Below are positions 10,070 through 18,466 of a stretch of DNA of 62,137 bases, one piece after another. The notes under the pieces were generated by a model, which was not told the origin of the DNA, searched no databases, and saw nothing but the letters and a program-made list of their open reading frames with translations. Both the position numbers and the translations under genes were made by a program. Source of the stretch: Spirochaetia bacterium (GTDB lineage Bacteria > Spirochaetota > Spirochaetia > CADAEX01); contig JAFXTY010000049.1 in NCBI GenBank assembly GCA_017535435.1, positions 1-62,137 on the forward strand. The letters are read 5' to 3'. Within the stretch, counting starts at the first letter, position 1. Each line of letters opens with the position of its first letter.

Positions 10070-10516
10070 TTGTATATGTTCCATAAAGTAAAAACAGTAA
10101 GCGCCCTACCAGATTTTCAGCTTAGCGTACAGTTCGCTGAAGGTGTGACAAAAATTTATGATATCAAACCACTGTTTAAGAAATGGAAAAACTTCGGTAT
10201 TCTGAAGCAGAAATCAGACCTATTCTACAACGTGATTGTAGATAAAGGCGGGTATGGAATCATCTGGAATGATAATCTTGACCTGTCCTGCGATGAACTT
10301 TTTGAGAACGGAAAAACAGTCAAAACTCCTTTTGATGGGCTTATAGCCTTTACAGATGCTACACAGCTTTGGGGACTGAACGAAAGTACACTTCGGAAAG
10401 CAGTTTCATACGGAAAGCTGAGAAACGGAATTGATGTCTGCAAGTATGGGAAACAATGGATTATCTCTGTAGATGCCATGAAACGTGAATACGGCCCGGC
10501 ACTTGAGCAGGTTTAA
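10070..10516 (+). CDS. DUF2442-family protein with C-terminal helix-turn-helix (putative antitoxin)
   Basis: N-terminal LSVQFAEG..KIYD...GYGIIWNDNLDL; C-terminal ATQLWGLNESTLRKA...KYGKQW HTH. Confidence 0.8.
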   Translation: MYMFHKVKTVSALPDFQLSVQFAEGVTKIYDIKPLFKKWKNFGILKQKSDLFYNVIVDKGGYGIIWNDNLDLSCDELFENGKTVKTPFDGLIAFTDATQLWGLNESTLRKAVSYGKLRNGIDVCKYGKQWIISVDAMKREYGPALEQV

Positions 10517-10525
10517 AAGTTATAA

Positions 10526-10975
10526 TCACCACTCGATATAGGGCACGCCCAGCTGTTCCTCAAGCCACAGCGCTATCTCGCCCGCTATGTTCTCCAGCTT
10601 CTGCTTCTGGCTGCTGCCGGTGATTGAGCATTCCCATACCACCCCTACCCTCCAGCCCAGGTCCATCAGGGCAGAAACATTCTCCCGGTCACGCTCTCTG
10701 TTGCGGGCAAACTTGTGGCGCCAGAAGGCTGCATGAGTGGATGGCACCCTGAACTTGGAGCAGTGCCTGTGACCATGCCAGAAGCAGCCGTTCACAAAAA
10801 CCACAGCGCGGAACTTGGGGAACACGATATCGGGACTCCCGGGTAGCTTCCTGTCATTCTTCCGGAACCGCAGACCAAGGGCAAACAGACGGCTCCGGAG
10901 CAGCACCTCGGGCTTTGAGACGCTCTTTATGCGGGACATGTTGCTGTGCCGGGCCTCGGCGGAAAGGTGATCCAT
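10526..10975 (-). CDS. vsr: Very short patch repair endonuclease
   Basis: RHSNMSRIK, LPGSPDIVF, FVNGCFWHGH, NRERD, VWEC. Confidence 0.95.
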   Translation of the reverse strand: MDHLSAEARHSNMSRIKSVSKPEVLLRSRLFALGLRFRKNDRKLPGSPDIVFPKFRAVVFVNGCFWHGHRHCSKFRVPSTHAAFWRHKFARNRERDRENVSALMDLGWRVGVVWECSITGSSQKQKLENIAGEIALWLEEQLGVPYIEW

Positions 10976-11003
10976 ACCAAAAGTATACCACAGAAATAAA
11001 ACA

Positions 11004-11032
11004 TTGACATCTCAAACCATGACAATTATATT
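11004..11032 (+). promoter_or_regulatory. Sigma70-type promoter of the Nif11-like gene
   Basis: TTGACA-N17-TATATT followed by AAGGAG RBS. Confidence 0.65.
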
Positions 11033-11052
11033 TACTATATAAGGAGATAAAT

Positions 11053-11289
11053 ATGCCAATCGATAAGACAAAAATAACAAAAGAGATGCTTGAGAAAGCA
11101 GCAAAGTGCAAGACTGCTGATGAACTGATTGCTCTGGCCAAGACCGAAGGCTTTGAGCTCACAAAAAATGAAGCTGTGGCTTATCTTGAAGAACTCCAGA
11201 ATGTGGAACTGGATGAAAAGGCCCTGGATAAGGTAGCTGGCGGTGGCTGTTATCCAGATTGTCCAAAAGATTATTGCTTTGAAAATTGA
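11053..11289 (+). CDS. Nif11-like leader peptide RiPP precursor with Cys-rich core
   Basis: KTADELIALAKTEGFELT...ELDEKALDKVAGG double-glycine leader, then core GCYPDCPKDYCFEN; strong RBS. Confidence 0.85.
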   Translation: MPIDKTKITKEMLEKAAKCKTADELIALAKTEGFELTKNEAVAYLEELQNVELDEKALDKVAGGGCYPDCPKDYCFEN

Positions 11290-11347
11290 TGCTTGACAGA
11301 TAAGCAATTAAAGTCTCTTTTACTATTTATAACCGGTTATATATTAT

Positions 11348-11374
11348 AAAGCCCCTTAATCGGGGCTTTTTTTT
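11348..11374 (+). terminator. Intrinsic terminator
   Basis: AAAGCCCC-ttaatc-GGGGCTTTTTTTT. Confidence 0.8.
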
Positions 11375-11387
11375 ATTTGCAGGGCCT

Positions 11388-11403
11388 AGTCCTACCCCTG
11401 CTA
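11388..11403. repeat. 16-bp direct repeat AGTCCTACCCCTGCTA, copy 1
   Basis: Exact second copy at 19731-19746. Confidence 0.8.
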
Positions 11404-11425
11404 AAAAATTTGAAAAAGTTTTCTA

Positions 11426-11461
11426 AAAGTCCAATCAAAATGAAAAAATTTTGAGTATATA
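11426..11461 (+). repeat. Conserved intergenic motif, copy 2
   Basis: AAAGTCCAATCAAAATGAA-aaaattttga-GTATATA, then CAGGAGG and an ATG opening only MKKIMSYM*. Confidence 0.8.
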
Positions 11462-11506
11462 CAAGTAGTCCAATTTCAGGAGGAAAAAATGAAAAAGATT
11501 ATGTCA

Positions 11507-11554
11507 TATATGTAAAGCTATATATTGACATTTGCTTTACATATACTTTACAGT
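11507..11554 (+). promoter_or_regulatory. relB promoter/operator
   Basis: Perfect 12-bp inverted repeat TATATGTAAAGC (11507) / GCTTTACATATA (11534) straddling TTGACA (11525). Confidence 0.7.
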
Positions 11555-11570
11555 TAGGAGGTAAGGAGAA

Positions 11571-11834
11571 ATGGAAATGGCACAGACTATGGTCAACTTC
11601 AGGATGGATTCTGAGGATAAACACAACATGGAGACTGTTTGCAGGGAACTGGGAATGTCAATGACTACAGCATTCACTATCTTCGCAAAGAAAGTCAGCC
11701 GCGAGAAACGTATCCCTTTTGAAATCTCTATCGATCCATTCTATTCAGAAAGCAATGTCTCTTACCTGAAGAAACTGGTATCAGATATTGATTCTGGAAA
11801 AACAAAGCTTGTTGAGCATGACCTTATTGAATAG
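11571..11834 (+). CDS. RelB/DinJ-family antitoxin (no intact toxin downstream)
   Basis: VNFRMD..K...LGMSMTTAFTIFAKKV.RE.RIPFEI..DPFYSESN. Confidence 0.9.
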   Translation: MEMAQTMVNFRMDSEDKHNMETVCRELGMSMTTAFTIFAKKVSREKRIPFEISIDPFYSESNVSYLKKLVSDIDSGKTKLVEHDLIE

Positions 11835-11887
11835 TTAAATCTTAGTTGTCAAAAATCATTATTGATACAGACTAAGCCCGCATAAAG

Positions 11888-11914
11888 GCCAGTCACACCG
11901 GTGGCTGGCTTTTT
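11888..11914 (+). terminator. Intrinsic terminator
   Basis: GCCAGTCAC-accg-GTGGCTGGC-TTTTT. Confidence 0.75.
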
Positions 11915-11973
11915 ATACCCTGTAGCATTATTTGACACACCCAGGCTGTAAAATGACCACAGGAGGACAGTAT

Positions 11974-12090
11974 ATGGAGATAAATTTCACCCTTACCCTG
12001 ACCGATAACAGCATGGTAGCCTGTGTCGTCGGTCTTTCAGTCATATTCTTAATCGTATTCGGGGTTAAAGCCCTAAGAGAAACGAAATAA
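11974..12090 (+). CDS. 38-aa single-pass membrane peptide
   Basis: AGGAGG-N7-ATG; MEINFTLTLTDNSMVACVVGLSVIFLIVFGVKALRETK; below the ORF-track cutoff. Confidence 0.55.
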   Translation: MEINFTLTLTDNSMVACVVGLSVIFLIVFGVKALRETK

Positions 12091-12174
12091 AAGTTTATCA
12101 GAAGTGAATAAATTCTTGTTTCAATGCTGATATATCAGATCAATTCCGAGACTTCGATGGAAAGTACCTTGTAG

Positions 12175-15100
12175 TTATGCTCTAGAACTTACACCTGCTC
12201 CTTTAAGTTCACTGCGTCCACTTCCACGAGGTATTACATCAATACGTACTGGTAGTTCATCTTTAAGTAAATCAACATGAGTTATAATACCAAGCATCTT
12301 GCCTCTTTCTTGTTGTAATTTCTGTAAGGAAACAACTGTTTCCTGAAGTATTTTGTTATCAAGTGTACCAAACCCCTCATCAAGAAACATTGAATCAATA
12401 CTTACATTCTCACTTGCAAGTGTTGAGATGGCTAATGCAAGAGAAAGACTTGCAAGGAACCCTTCACCGCCCGAAATATTAGTTACTGGATGCACTTCAT
12501 CACTATTATCATGGTCAATCAACTGAATCTCAAGCGAATCATTCGTAGCAACAAGTTCATATCGAGGCCATATTTCACGAAGATGAACATTAGCTATAGA
12601 AAGCAAATTGCGAAGTGTAATTACTTGAATAAATTTAACAAAAGCATCACCCGAACCATTATCTAGCCGTTTATCAGCAACAAACCACAACTGCATCTGT
12701 TCCCAACGATGTTGTTTTTCCTTAAGTTTTTCAAGCGTTTTTTGAAAAATAGCATATCTTTCACGACATTTATCATCATTTCTCTGCTGTAATAGTAATT
12801 CATTATATTCACTTGATAATTTATTTAAATGCACCCTGCCCTGTTCTAGTTCTTGTTTTGCAATATCTTCAGCATCAACAAAATCACGTTTAGCTATATG
12901 ATTTTTAAGTCTTAAATTAATATCATTAAGTGAAGTTTGAGCAGATACAAGTGAATCACTAATATTTTTTTCACGGGTTGAAAGATTTTTCCGAACCTTC
13001 TCATCAAGACGTGCTGTCAAAAATGAATTTTCATTGTCAAATCCTTTTTCCTGTAGTTTCACAACGAAATCTTTTTCCATACTTATTATTATTGGTTCTA
13101 TATCGGCTATTGCTTCCCCATACTCAATAATACTACTTTCTAACCCTCCTACAATTTTGCTCTTTTTCATTTTTATTTCAATTACTTTTTTCAAATCAAT
13201 ATCAGCATCATCACGCAACTTTGCCACTGTTTTACGCTCATTTTCAACTCTTTTATCGCCAAACAGTTCTTTTCTAATTTTGACAAAGCTATTATACTCT
13301 TGATTTTTGCTTTCATAATCTTTTTTACATTGTACAAAGTAATCTTTTTCAATTTCTAATTGATCTTGCAATAATTTACGATTCGATTCATCTGTTTGTA
13401 GAGTAACTTTAAGATCTCTTTGTTTTTCTTGCTTCTCTTTCCATTTTTTATTTTTGTTATCAAGTTCAAGTAGAAGTTTATCGATATCATCTTCTTTAAC
13501 ATTCAAAAACCATACAGAAAGATTACTTTTAAGCTCAGACAGAATATCCTTTTCATTTTCCAAAGCCATCGCAAGATTTTCCTGTATAGAATCAAATTTA
13601 TTAGAAAGAGAATATCGTTTAACATCAGTATTCTTTAATTTGTCTGCCAATTTTGAATACTGTATTTTTTTCCCTTCAAATACCTCGCTTCTTTTAGTTA
13701 AATTTGCAAGAATTGTTCTCTCTTCACCCGAAGAAACAATAATAGACCAAGGTTTTAATGATTCATTAAATGACGCAAGTATTGAACAAATTGAAGACTT
13801 CTCTTTTTCTAATTTATCTATGTCTATCTTTTTGGTTCGCTCAATCGTTTCTTTCTGGGATTCAAATTTATTAATATTATTATGAAAATTATCAATATTC
13901 TTATCTAAAGAGCGCAATTTTTCAGCAAAATCATTCAATGTGGCAACCGAGCCAGAAACTGCTTCCTTACAAGAACAGGCCGGATGTTCTTTTGATCCAC
14001 AAACAGGGCATTCCACCCCATTTACCAAACGTTTGCGTAATTCTGCGACTATTATAGGAATATCGTTTTTTATAATCTCATCTTTTTTATTTTTTAAATC
14101 ATTTAGTGACTCTGATGATTTTTTTAATTTGATTAATAATTCTTCAAGTGACTTTTCTCCATTATCAATTTCTTTCTGCAAGCGTTTCGACTCATCATTA
14201 TGCCCTTTAATACTATTTAAAAAGCCCTCTATCTTAGGCAACACACTCACCAGTTCAGCATCAATATCATAATCATTCAAATACTTTTTTATCTCATCAT
14301 ATTGCTTTCGCGTTATCTCGTTCGACTTGTCAAAATTTGACAAATCTTTTTCAGCGTTAGAAGCATCATTCTTAAGATTTTTACAACGATTTAGTAATGT
14401 ATGCCATTGGTTTACTTTAGATTTAAGAAGTGATATTATTGAATCAATTCTTGCATCAGTCTCATTTTTCACAATATATTTATCAATTTCCAAAAGTTCA
14501 GCTGAAGATTTTTCAATTCTTTTATTCAATGAAGAAATCTTTTTCATCACTTCATCGACCTTTTTTTGAGCCTTTTCCACTAAACAGTCTGAATCATCAA
14601 GCTGCTTTTTTGCACTTTTAATTTGTTCATCTAGCTGAGAAACTTTATGCCACAAAGATTCATTTTTCTCATATTCTATTTTATATTTGTCGAATTTTTC
14701 TTGTGCATGTTTTTCCTTGCGCTCAACAATTTCAAGACTATCCTTTGCTTCTTTAAGTTCATCACTCTTCTCAACAAGTTTATCCTTAAAACTCTCCAAG
14801 CTTTTACGCTTTTCTTTAAGTTCAGAATAAATAGCGTCTATTTCTTGAGCACGACGAGCTTTTTCAAGGTGTTCTTTCTCTGGTAAAAAATCTTTTTCTT
14901 CCTGTTTTGCTTTCATAAGATTTTTTTCTGCAGATTCTTTTTCTTTTTTAAACCCATGTAAGATGTCATACCATTGACAAACTGAAACTAATCGATTATT
15001 TTCCTTTTCTTGTTTTTCTTTTGCATTTTTTTGGGTACTAATATTCTCATCCAGTATTTTCCTATTTTCATCATCCATCGGGACATCATCGTCCATTTTA

Positions 15101-15717
15101 CTCATCACATTTTTCACATCATCGCAGCTCTTTGTATAAAGCATATAGACCGATTTAGCAATCTTTCTATGCAGGGAATCTCCAGTCAACTTCTCCAAAA
15201 TTTCAGCTCGTTCTTTTTCTCCACATTTAAGAAACTCATTAAAGCGACCTTGGGCAAGCATCATAGACTTAGTAAACTGTTCAAAATCCAGACCAATAAG
15301 TTTACTAATTTCTTCTTCTATAGCTGTCTGATTTGCATACGATTTAGCATCCCCCCCGCTTTCATTAGCAAGAAGCCAAGAATACCCCTGAAGGTTGCCA
15401 TGACTACAATCCCTTGCACGATGCTGACTCCAACATGCAGAATATTTTACACCATGGTTTTCAAATATAACCTTTGCCTGGCATACCCCTGTGCCACGGG
15501 TCATAATTTCATTTGAGGTCTTGTTAACTCTTTCTTGTCGAGGGGTTCTTCCATAGAGTGCAAGGCAAATTGCATCCAATATAGATGTTTTTCCAGAACC
15601 AGTTGGTCCTGAGATACAGAACATTCCTACATTTTTATAATCAGGACTTTCAAAATCAATAATCCAACTACCAGCAAGAGAATTGATATTGGTAAATTCT
15701 ACTTTTAGTATCTTCAA
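12175..15717 (-). CDS. sbcC: SbcC/Rad50-family SMC-like ATPase
   Basis: Walker A GPTGSGKT, Q-loop LAQG, long coiled coils, CPVCGS zinc hook, ISGGE signature, Walker B FLDEGFGTLD. Confidence 0.95.
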   Translation of the reverse strand: MKILKVEFTNINSLAGSWIIDFESPDYKNVGMFCISGPTGSGKTSILDAICLALYGRTPRQERVNKTSNEIMTRGTGVCQAKVIFENHGVKYSACWSQHRARDCSHGNLQGYSWLLANESGGDAKSYANQTAIEEEISKLIGLDFEQFTKSMMLAQGRFNEFLKCGEKERAEILEKLTGDSLHRKIAKSVYMLYTKSCDDVKNVMSKMDDDVPMDDENRKILDENISTQKNAKEKQEKENNRLVSVCQWYDILHGFKKEKESAEKNLMKAKQEEKDFLPEKEHLEKARRAQEIDAIYSELKEKRKSLESFKDKLVEKSDELKEAKDSLEIVERKEKHAQEKFDKYKIEYEKNESLWHKVSQLDEQIKSAKKQLDDSDCLVEKAQKKVDEVMKKISSLNKRIEKSSAELLEIDKYIVKNETDARIDSIISLLKSKVNQWHTLLNRCKNLKNDASNAEKDLSNFDKSNEITRKQYDEIKKYLNDYDIDAELVSVLPKIEGFLNSIKGHNDESKRLQKEIDNGEKSLEELLIKLKKSSESLNDLKNKKDEIIKNDIPIIVAELRKRLVNGVECPVCGSKEHPACSCKEAVSGSVATLNDFAEKLRSLDKNIDNFHNNINKFESQKETIERTKKIDIDKLEKEKSSICSILASFNESLKPWSIIVSSGEERTILANLTKRSEVFEGKKIQYSKLADKLKNTDVKRYSLSNKFDSIQENLAMALENEKDILSELKSNLSVWFLNVKEDDIDKLLLELDNKNKKWKEKQEKQRDLKVTLQTDESNRKLLQDQLEIEKDYFVQCKKDYESKNQEYNSFVKIRKELFGDKRVENERKTVAKLRDDADIDLKKVIEIKMKKSKIVGGLESSIIEYGEAIADIEPIIISMEKDFVVKLQEKGFDNENSFLTARLDEKVRKNLSTREKNISDSLVSAQTSLNDINLRLKNHIAKRDFVDAEDIAKQELEQGRVHLNKLSSEYNELLLQQRNDDKCRERYAIFQKTLEKLKEKQHRWEQMQLWFVADKRLDNGSGDAFVKFIQVITLRNLLSIANVHLREIWPRYELVATNDSLEIQLIDHDNSDEVHPVTNISGGEGFLASLSLALAISTLASENVSIDSMFLDEGFGTLDNKILQETVVSLQKLQQERGKMLGIITHVDLLKDELPVRIDVIPRGSGRSELKGAGVSSRA

Positions 15718-15728
15718 TCTAGACCTTC

Positions 15729-17058
15729 CTAGTTAGTCTCATCAGGTGTATCAGTTGCTAACGCAACAGCTTCGTCAAACATATCAAGGTAATCAGTATA
15801 CAAATTCTTTACTTCATCAGAATCTGCATCTTTTCCAACTTTCGAAGCGATTAACATTTTAAAATAATCCCTTGGTGTAAATTCTTTTGTAGTCTTTGCA
15901 AAATTTTTTTTTCAAACCATCATAATTCTGAAAAATCTCACGTGCAATTCTATGACGTTTTACCACAAAAAGTTTATCTTTTTCTTCTGCCTCAAGTTCA
16001 GCATTAAGGTTAACAATATTACCTGAAGTTAAAATGACATCGACATATGTTTCCTGTGGATTCTGCTTAAGGTCATGCTCCAAATATCGCAATTTTTGCT
16101 TAAGTGTATCTAAATCACCTTCAAATTGTTCATAACGTATTACAGTTCTTGGCACATTAATTATATGAACACTTGGTAAATTCTCATGACTTACATCTAC
16201 AACAAGTATGTTTTGTGCATGTTTGGCCTCATCAAAGCCCATCACAAATGGGGAACCTGAATAACGTACCCTTTCGTTCTTTGCTACACGTGTTGAATAA
16301 TGGATATGTCCAAGTGCAACATAGTTAAACCCTTTAGGGAAAATATCAATTGAAACATTTCCAATTGTACCCACTACATCACGAACCCCATTATCAATTG
16401 CAAAGTTTGAAAGATTACGACCTTCTAAATCAGCAGCATAAAGATGTCCTGTTGCCAGTAAAGGAATATCACGACCTGCTCGTAATTCCTCAGCCTTCGT
16501 ATACACATCTTCATAGAGACGTTTCAGCAGGTTATCATCAGAAAAATCTTTGTCACTAATGTTAGAAACACCTTCTTTTATAGGGTTTTCACCTTCATAA
16601 ACTAAATTTTTTCGTTTATAAAAATCCACCAGCTCCAAATCACGCATAAAAGGCACAGCGCAACAAATCCCTATTATTTCACCTTTATCATCTTTCAGTT
16701 CAAATACCAAATCTTCTATAGTACGATTGCATATAGACCCCACCACTTTAACATTAAGGAATTCGAGAATCTCAGCCGGGGCATCAAGTAACGCACCTGA
16801 ATCGTGGTTTCCACCTACAACAACAACATTAGTACAAGAGGTACCCTGCAATGATGCTAAAAACCTATAGTACTGGCTTTTGGCGATATTTGACGGATTT
16901 ACTACATCAAAAATATCACCAGCAATTATGAGAGCCTGCACCTCTAAATCCATAATTTGTTTTCTCAACCAGCATAAAAAAACTTCTGATTCTTTTGAAC
17001 GATCAATTTCATGCATTGAATTACCGAGATGTAAATCGGCAGTATGAATAAATTTCAT
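15729..17058 (-). CDS. sbcD: SbcD/Mre11-family nuclease; as sequenced it stops at 15859 because of a frameshift in an A9 tract
   Basis: DLHLG, GDIFD, GNHD, ALGHIH, YSGSP motifs. Removing one A at 15904-15912 extends the frame through KNFAKTTKEFTPRDYFKMLI...DETN to TAG 15731-15729, 11 nt before sbcC. Confidence 0.9.
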
Positions 17059-17065
17059 TTTAATC

Positions 17066-18463
17066 CTATTTTATTTTATAAATTTTATTAATTACATTTT
17101 TTTGGATATACTGTTTATTAATCCAGAAACACATTTTCTTTTCTTTTGTTCCCTGCGGAGAAAGAACTAATTTATAGGAATTTTGAGCATGAGGTCTTAC
17201 ATGAGATGCAGGATTATCTTTTATCTTTGAGAAGTGTTGATAATCTCCCTGTTTAACTTTTTCTTTTGTATCTGACCAGACTTTTTCGAATTGTTTATAA
17301 TCATCTTCCGGAATCTGCCAAAATACGACTCTATCTAAGTAATATTCACTTTCAGCTGAATCTTTTTTAAACAGTGCAAAAATAAACTTGCTTGTTATTG
17401 CACTATAGAAATAACTGTCTTCCCATTCTTCATCAATAATCTCAAAATAATCTATAGCCTTGAATGAAATATGTTCTGTTATTCGTCCATTGGGTTCAAC
17501 CCTGATAGTTTTCAACTGTATTCCAGAAGCATTAAACTCATAGCAATTATCTTCTTTCTTATTAAGTCCAACTATACTACGTGCCAAGTTTGCATATCGA
17601 CTTTTTTCTTTAGGATTATATTTCTTATTAAGCAACTTAGCTATTTCATCAGCAGACATTTTCATAAAAGGTTCAAATAAAGAAAAAATTTTTTGCTCAA
17701 ATTTTTCATTTTCATCCAAGAGCCGTTTTTCGGGGGAACGACCTTTTCTTTTTCGTTCCATAAGAACTTGGAAGATATGATTAATATACCCAAGCTTAAA
17801 ACAAAAAGCTCTTCCCCTAGCCTTTACAGCTGAATGAGGCTGAACCTGCATACTTGAAGCAGAGGTTGCTCCCTTTGTGCAAGCTCCAAGATAAAGGGTA
17901 TCCCCTTCTGATATTTCATGAGCTTTGCCATTGTGCACTTTTTCTACAATTGTTTCCCAATCGCACTTAATTTGATATTCATCTTCCTTCAGACATTGCC
18001 ATAAATCAACAAGTTCTATATGCAAATCATCAACAGCTAAATCAGCATTATGTTCATAAAAGACAAGGAGAATATTCTCGTTTTTGTCTTTGAAATGTGA
18101 CTGTTCAAAAACTTCTTTATCCAAATCATTATAAGTGAAATGACTCAACACTAACCTTTCTTTTACTTTTACTTCGTGGTTGTCACCAAGAGCTTTTAAT
18201 GGTGAAGTTTTCAATTCTAGTTTTGCTTTAGGAAAATCAGGCTGTGATTTATTATCATTTTCTTTCCCGAAATAAGCTGTTTCCAAGTAGTTTCCGAGAG
18301 AACCTTTATGTTTAGGGATTATTTCACTTTCAGGAATATCCTGGTCTAATCCTGCATATGTATGATGCTCAAAATTTGTCTCATGAATTGTACTTGACTC
18401 AAGACGTCTCGCAAAATCCATGATTGAATCAATATTTGAATCATCATACACAAGTTTTTTCAT
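17066..18463 (-). CDS. Sau3AI/MutH-family type II restriction endonuclease
   Basis: KGSLGNYLE, PDF...ELK catalytic motif, GKAHEISEGDTLYLGACTKG, second pseudo-domain QLKT...HVRPHA...KMCFWINK. Confidence 0.9.
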   Translation of the reverse strand: MKKLVYDDSNIDSIMDFARRLESSTIHETNFEHHTYAGLDQDIPESEIIPKHKGSLGNYLETAYFGKENDNKSQPDFPKAKLELKTSPLKALGDNHEVKVKERLVLSHFTYNDLDKEVFEQSHFKDKNENILLVFYEHNADLAVDDLHIELVDLWQCLKEDEYQIKCDWETIVEKVHNGKAHEISEGDTLYLGACTKGATSASSMQVQPHSAVKARGRAFCFKLGYINHIFQVLMERKRKGRSPEKRLLDENEKFEQKIFSLFEPFMKMSADEIAKLLNKKYNPKEKSRYANLARSIVGLNKKEDNCYEFNASGIQLKTIRVEPNGRITEHISFKAIDYFEIIDEEWEDSYFYSAITSKFIFALFKKDSAESEYYLDRVVFWQIPEDDYKQFEKVWSDTKEKVKQGDYQHFSKIKDNPASHVRPHAQNSYKLVLSPQGTKEKKMCFWINKQYIQKNVINKIYKIK

Positions 18464-18466
18464 GCA

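Noticed and set aside
11328-11341. Palindrome TATAACCGGTTATA resembling the ATAACCG half-site near the XRE gene
   Set aside because: Short, AT-rich and different in spacing; may be chance.
12175-17058. Wadjet or Lamassu assignment for the SMC-like ATPase
   Set aside because: The CPVC zinc hook and Mre11-type partner identify SbcCD; no kleisin/KITE/JetD or LmuA/C genes.
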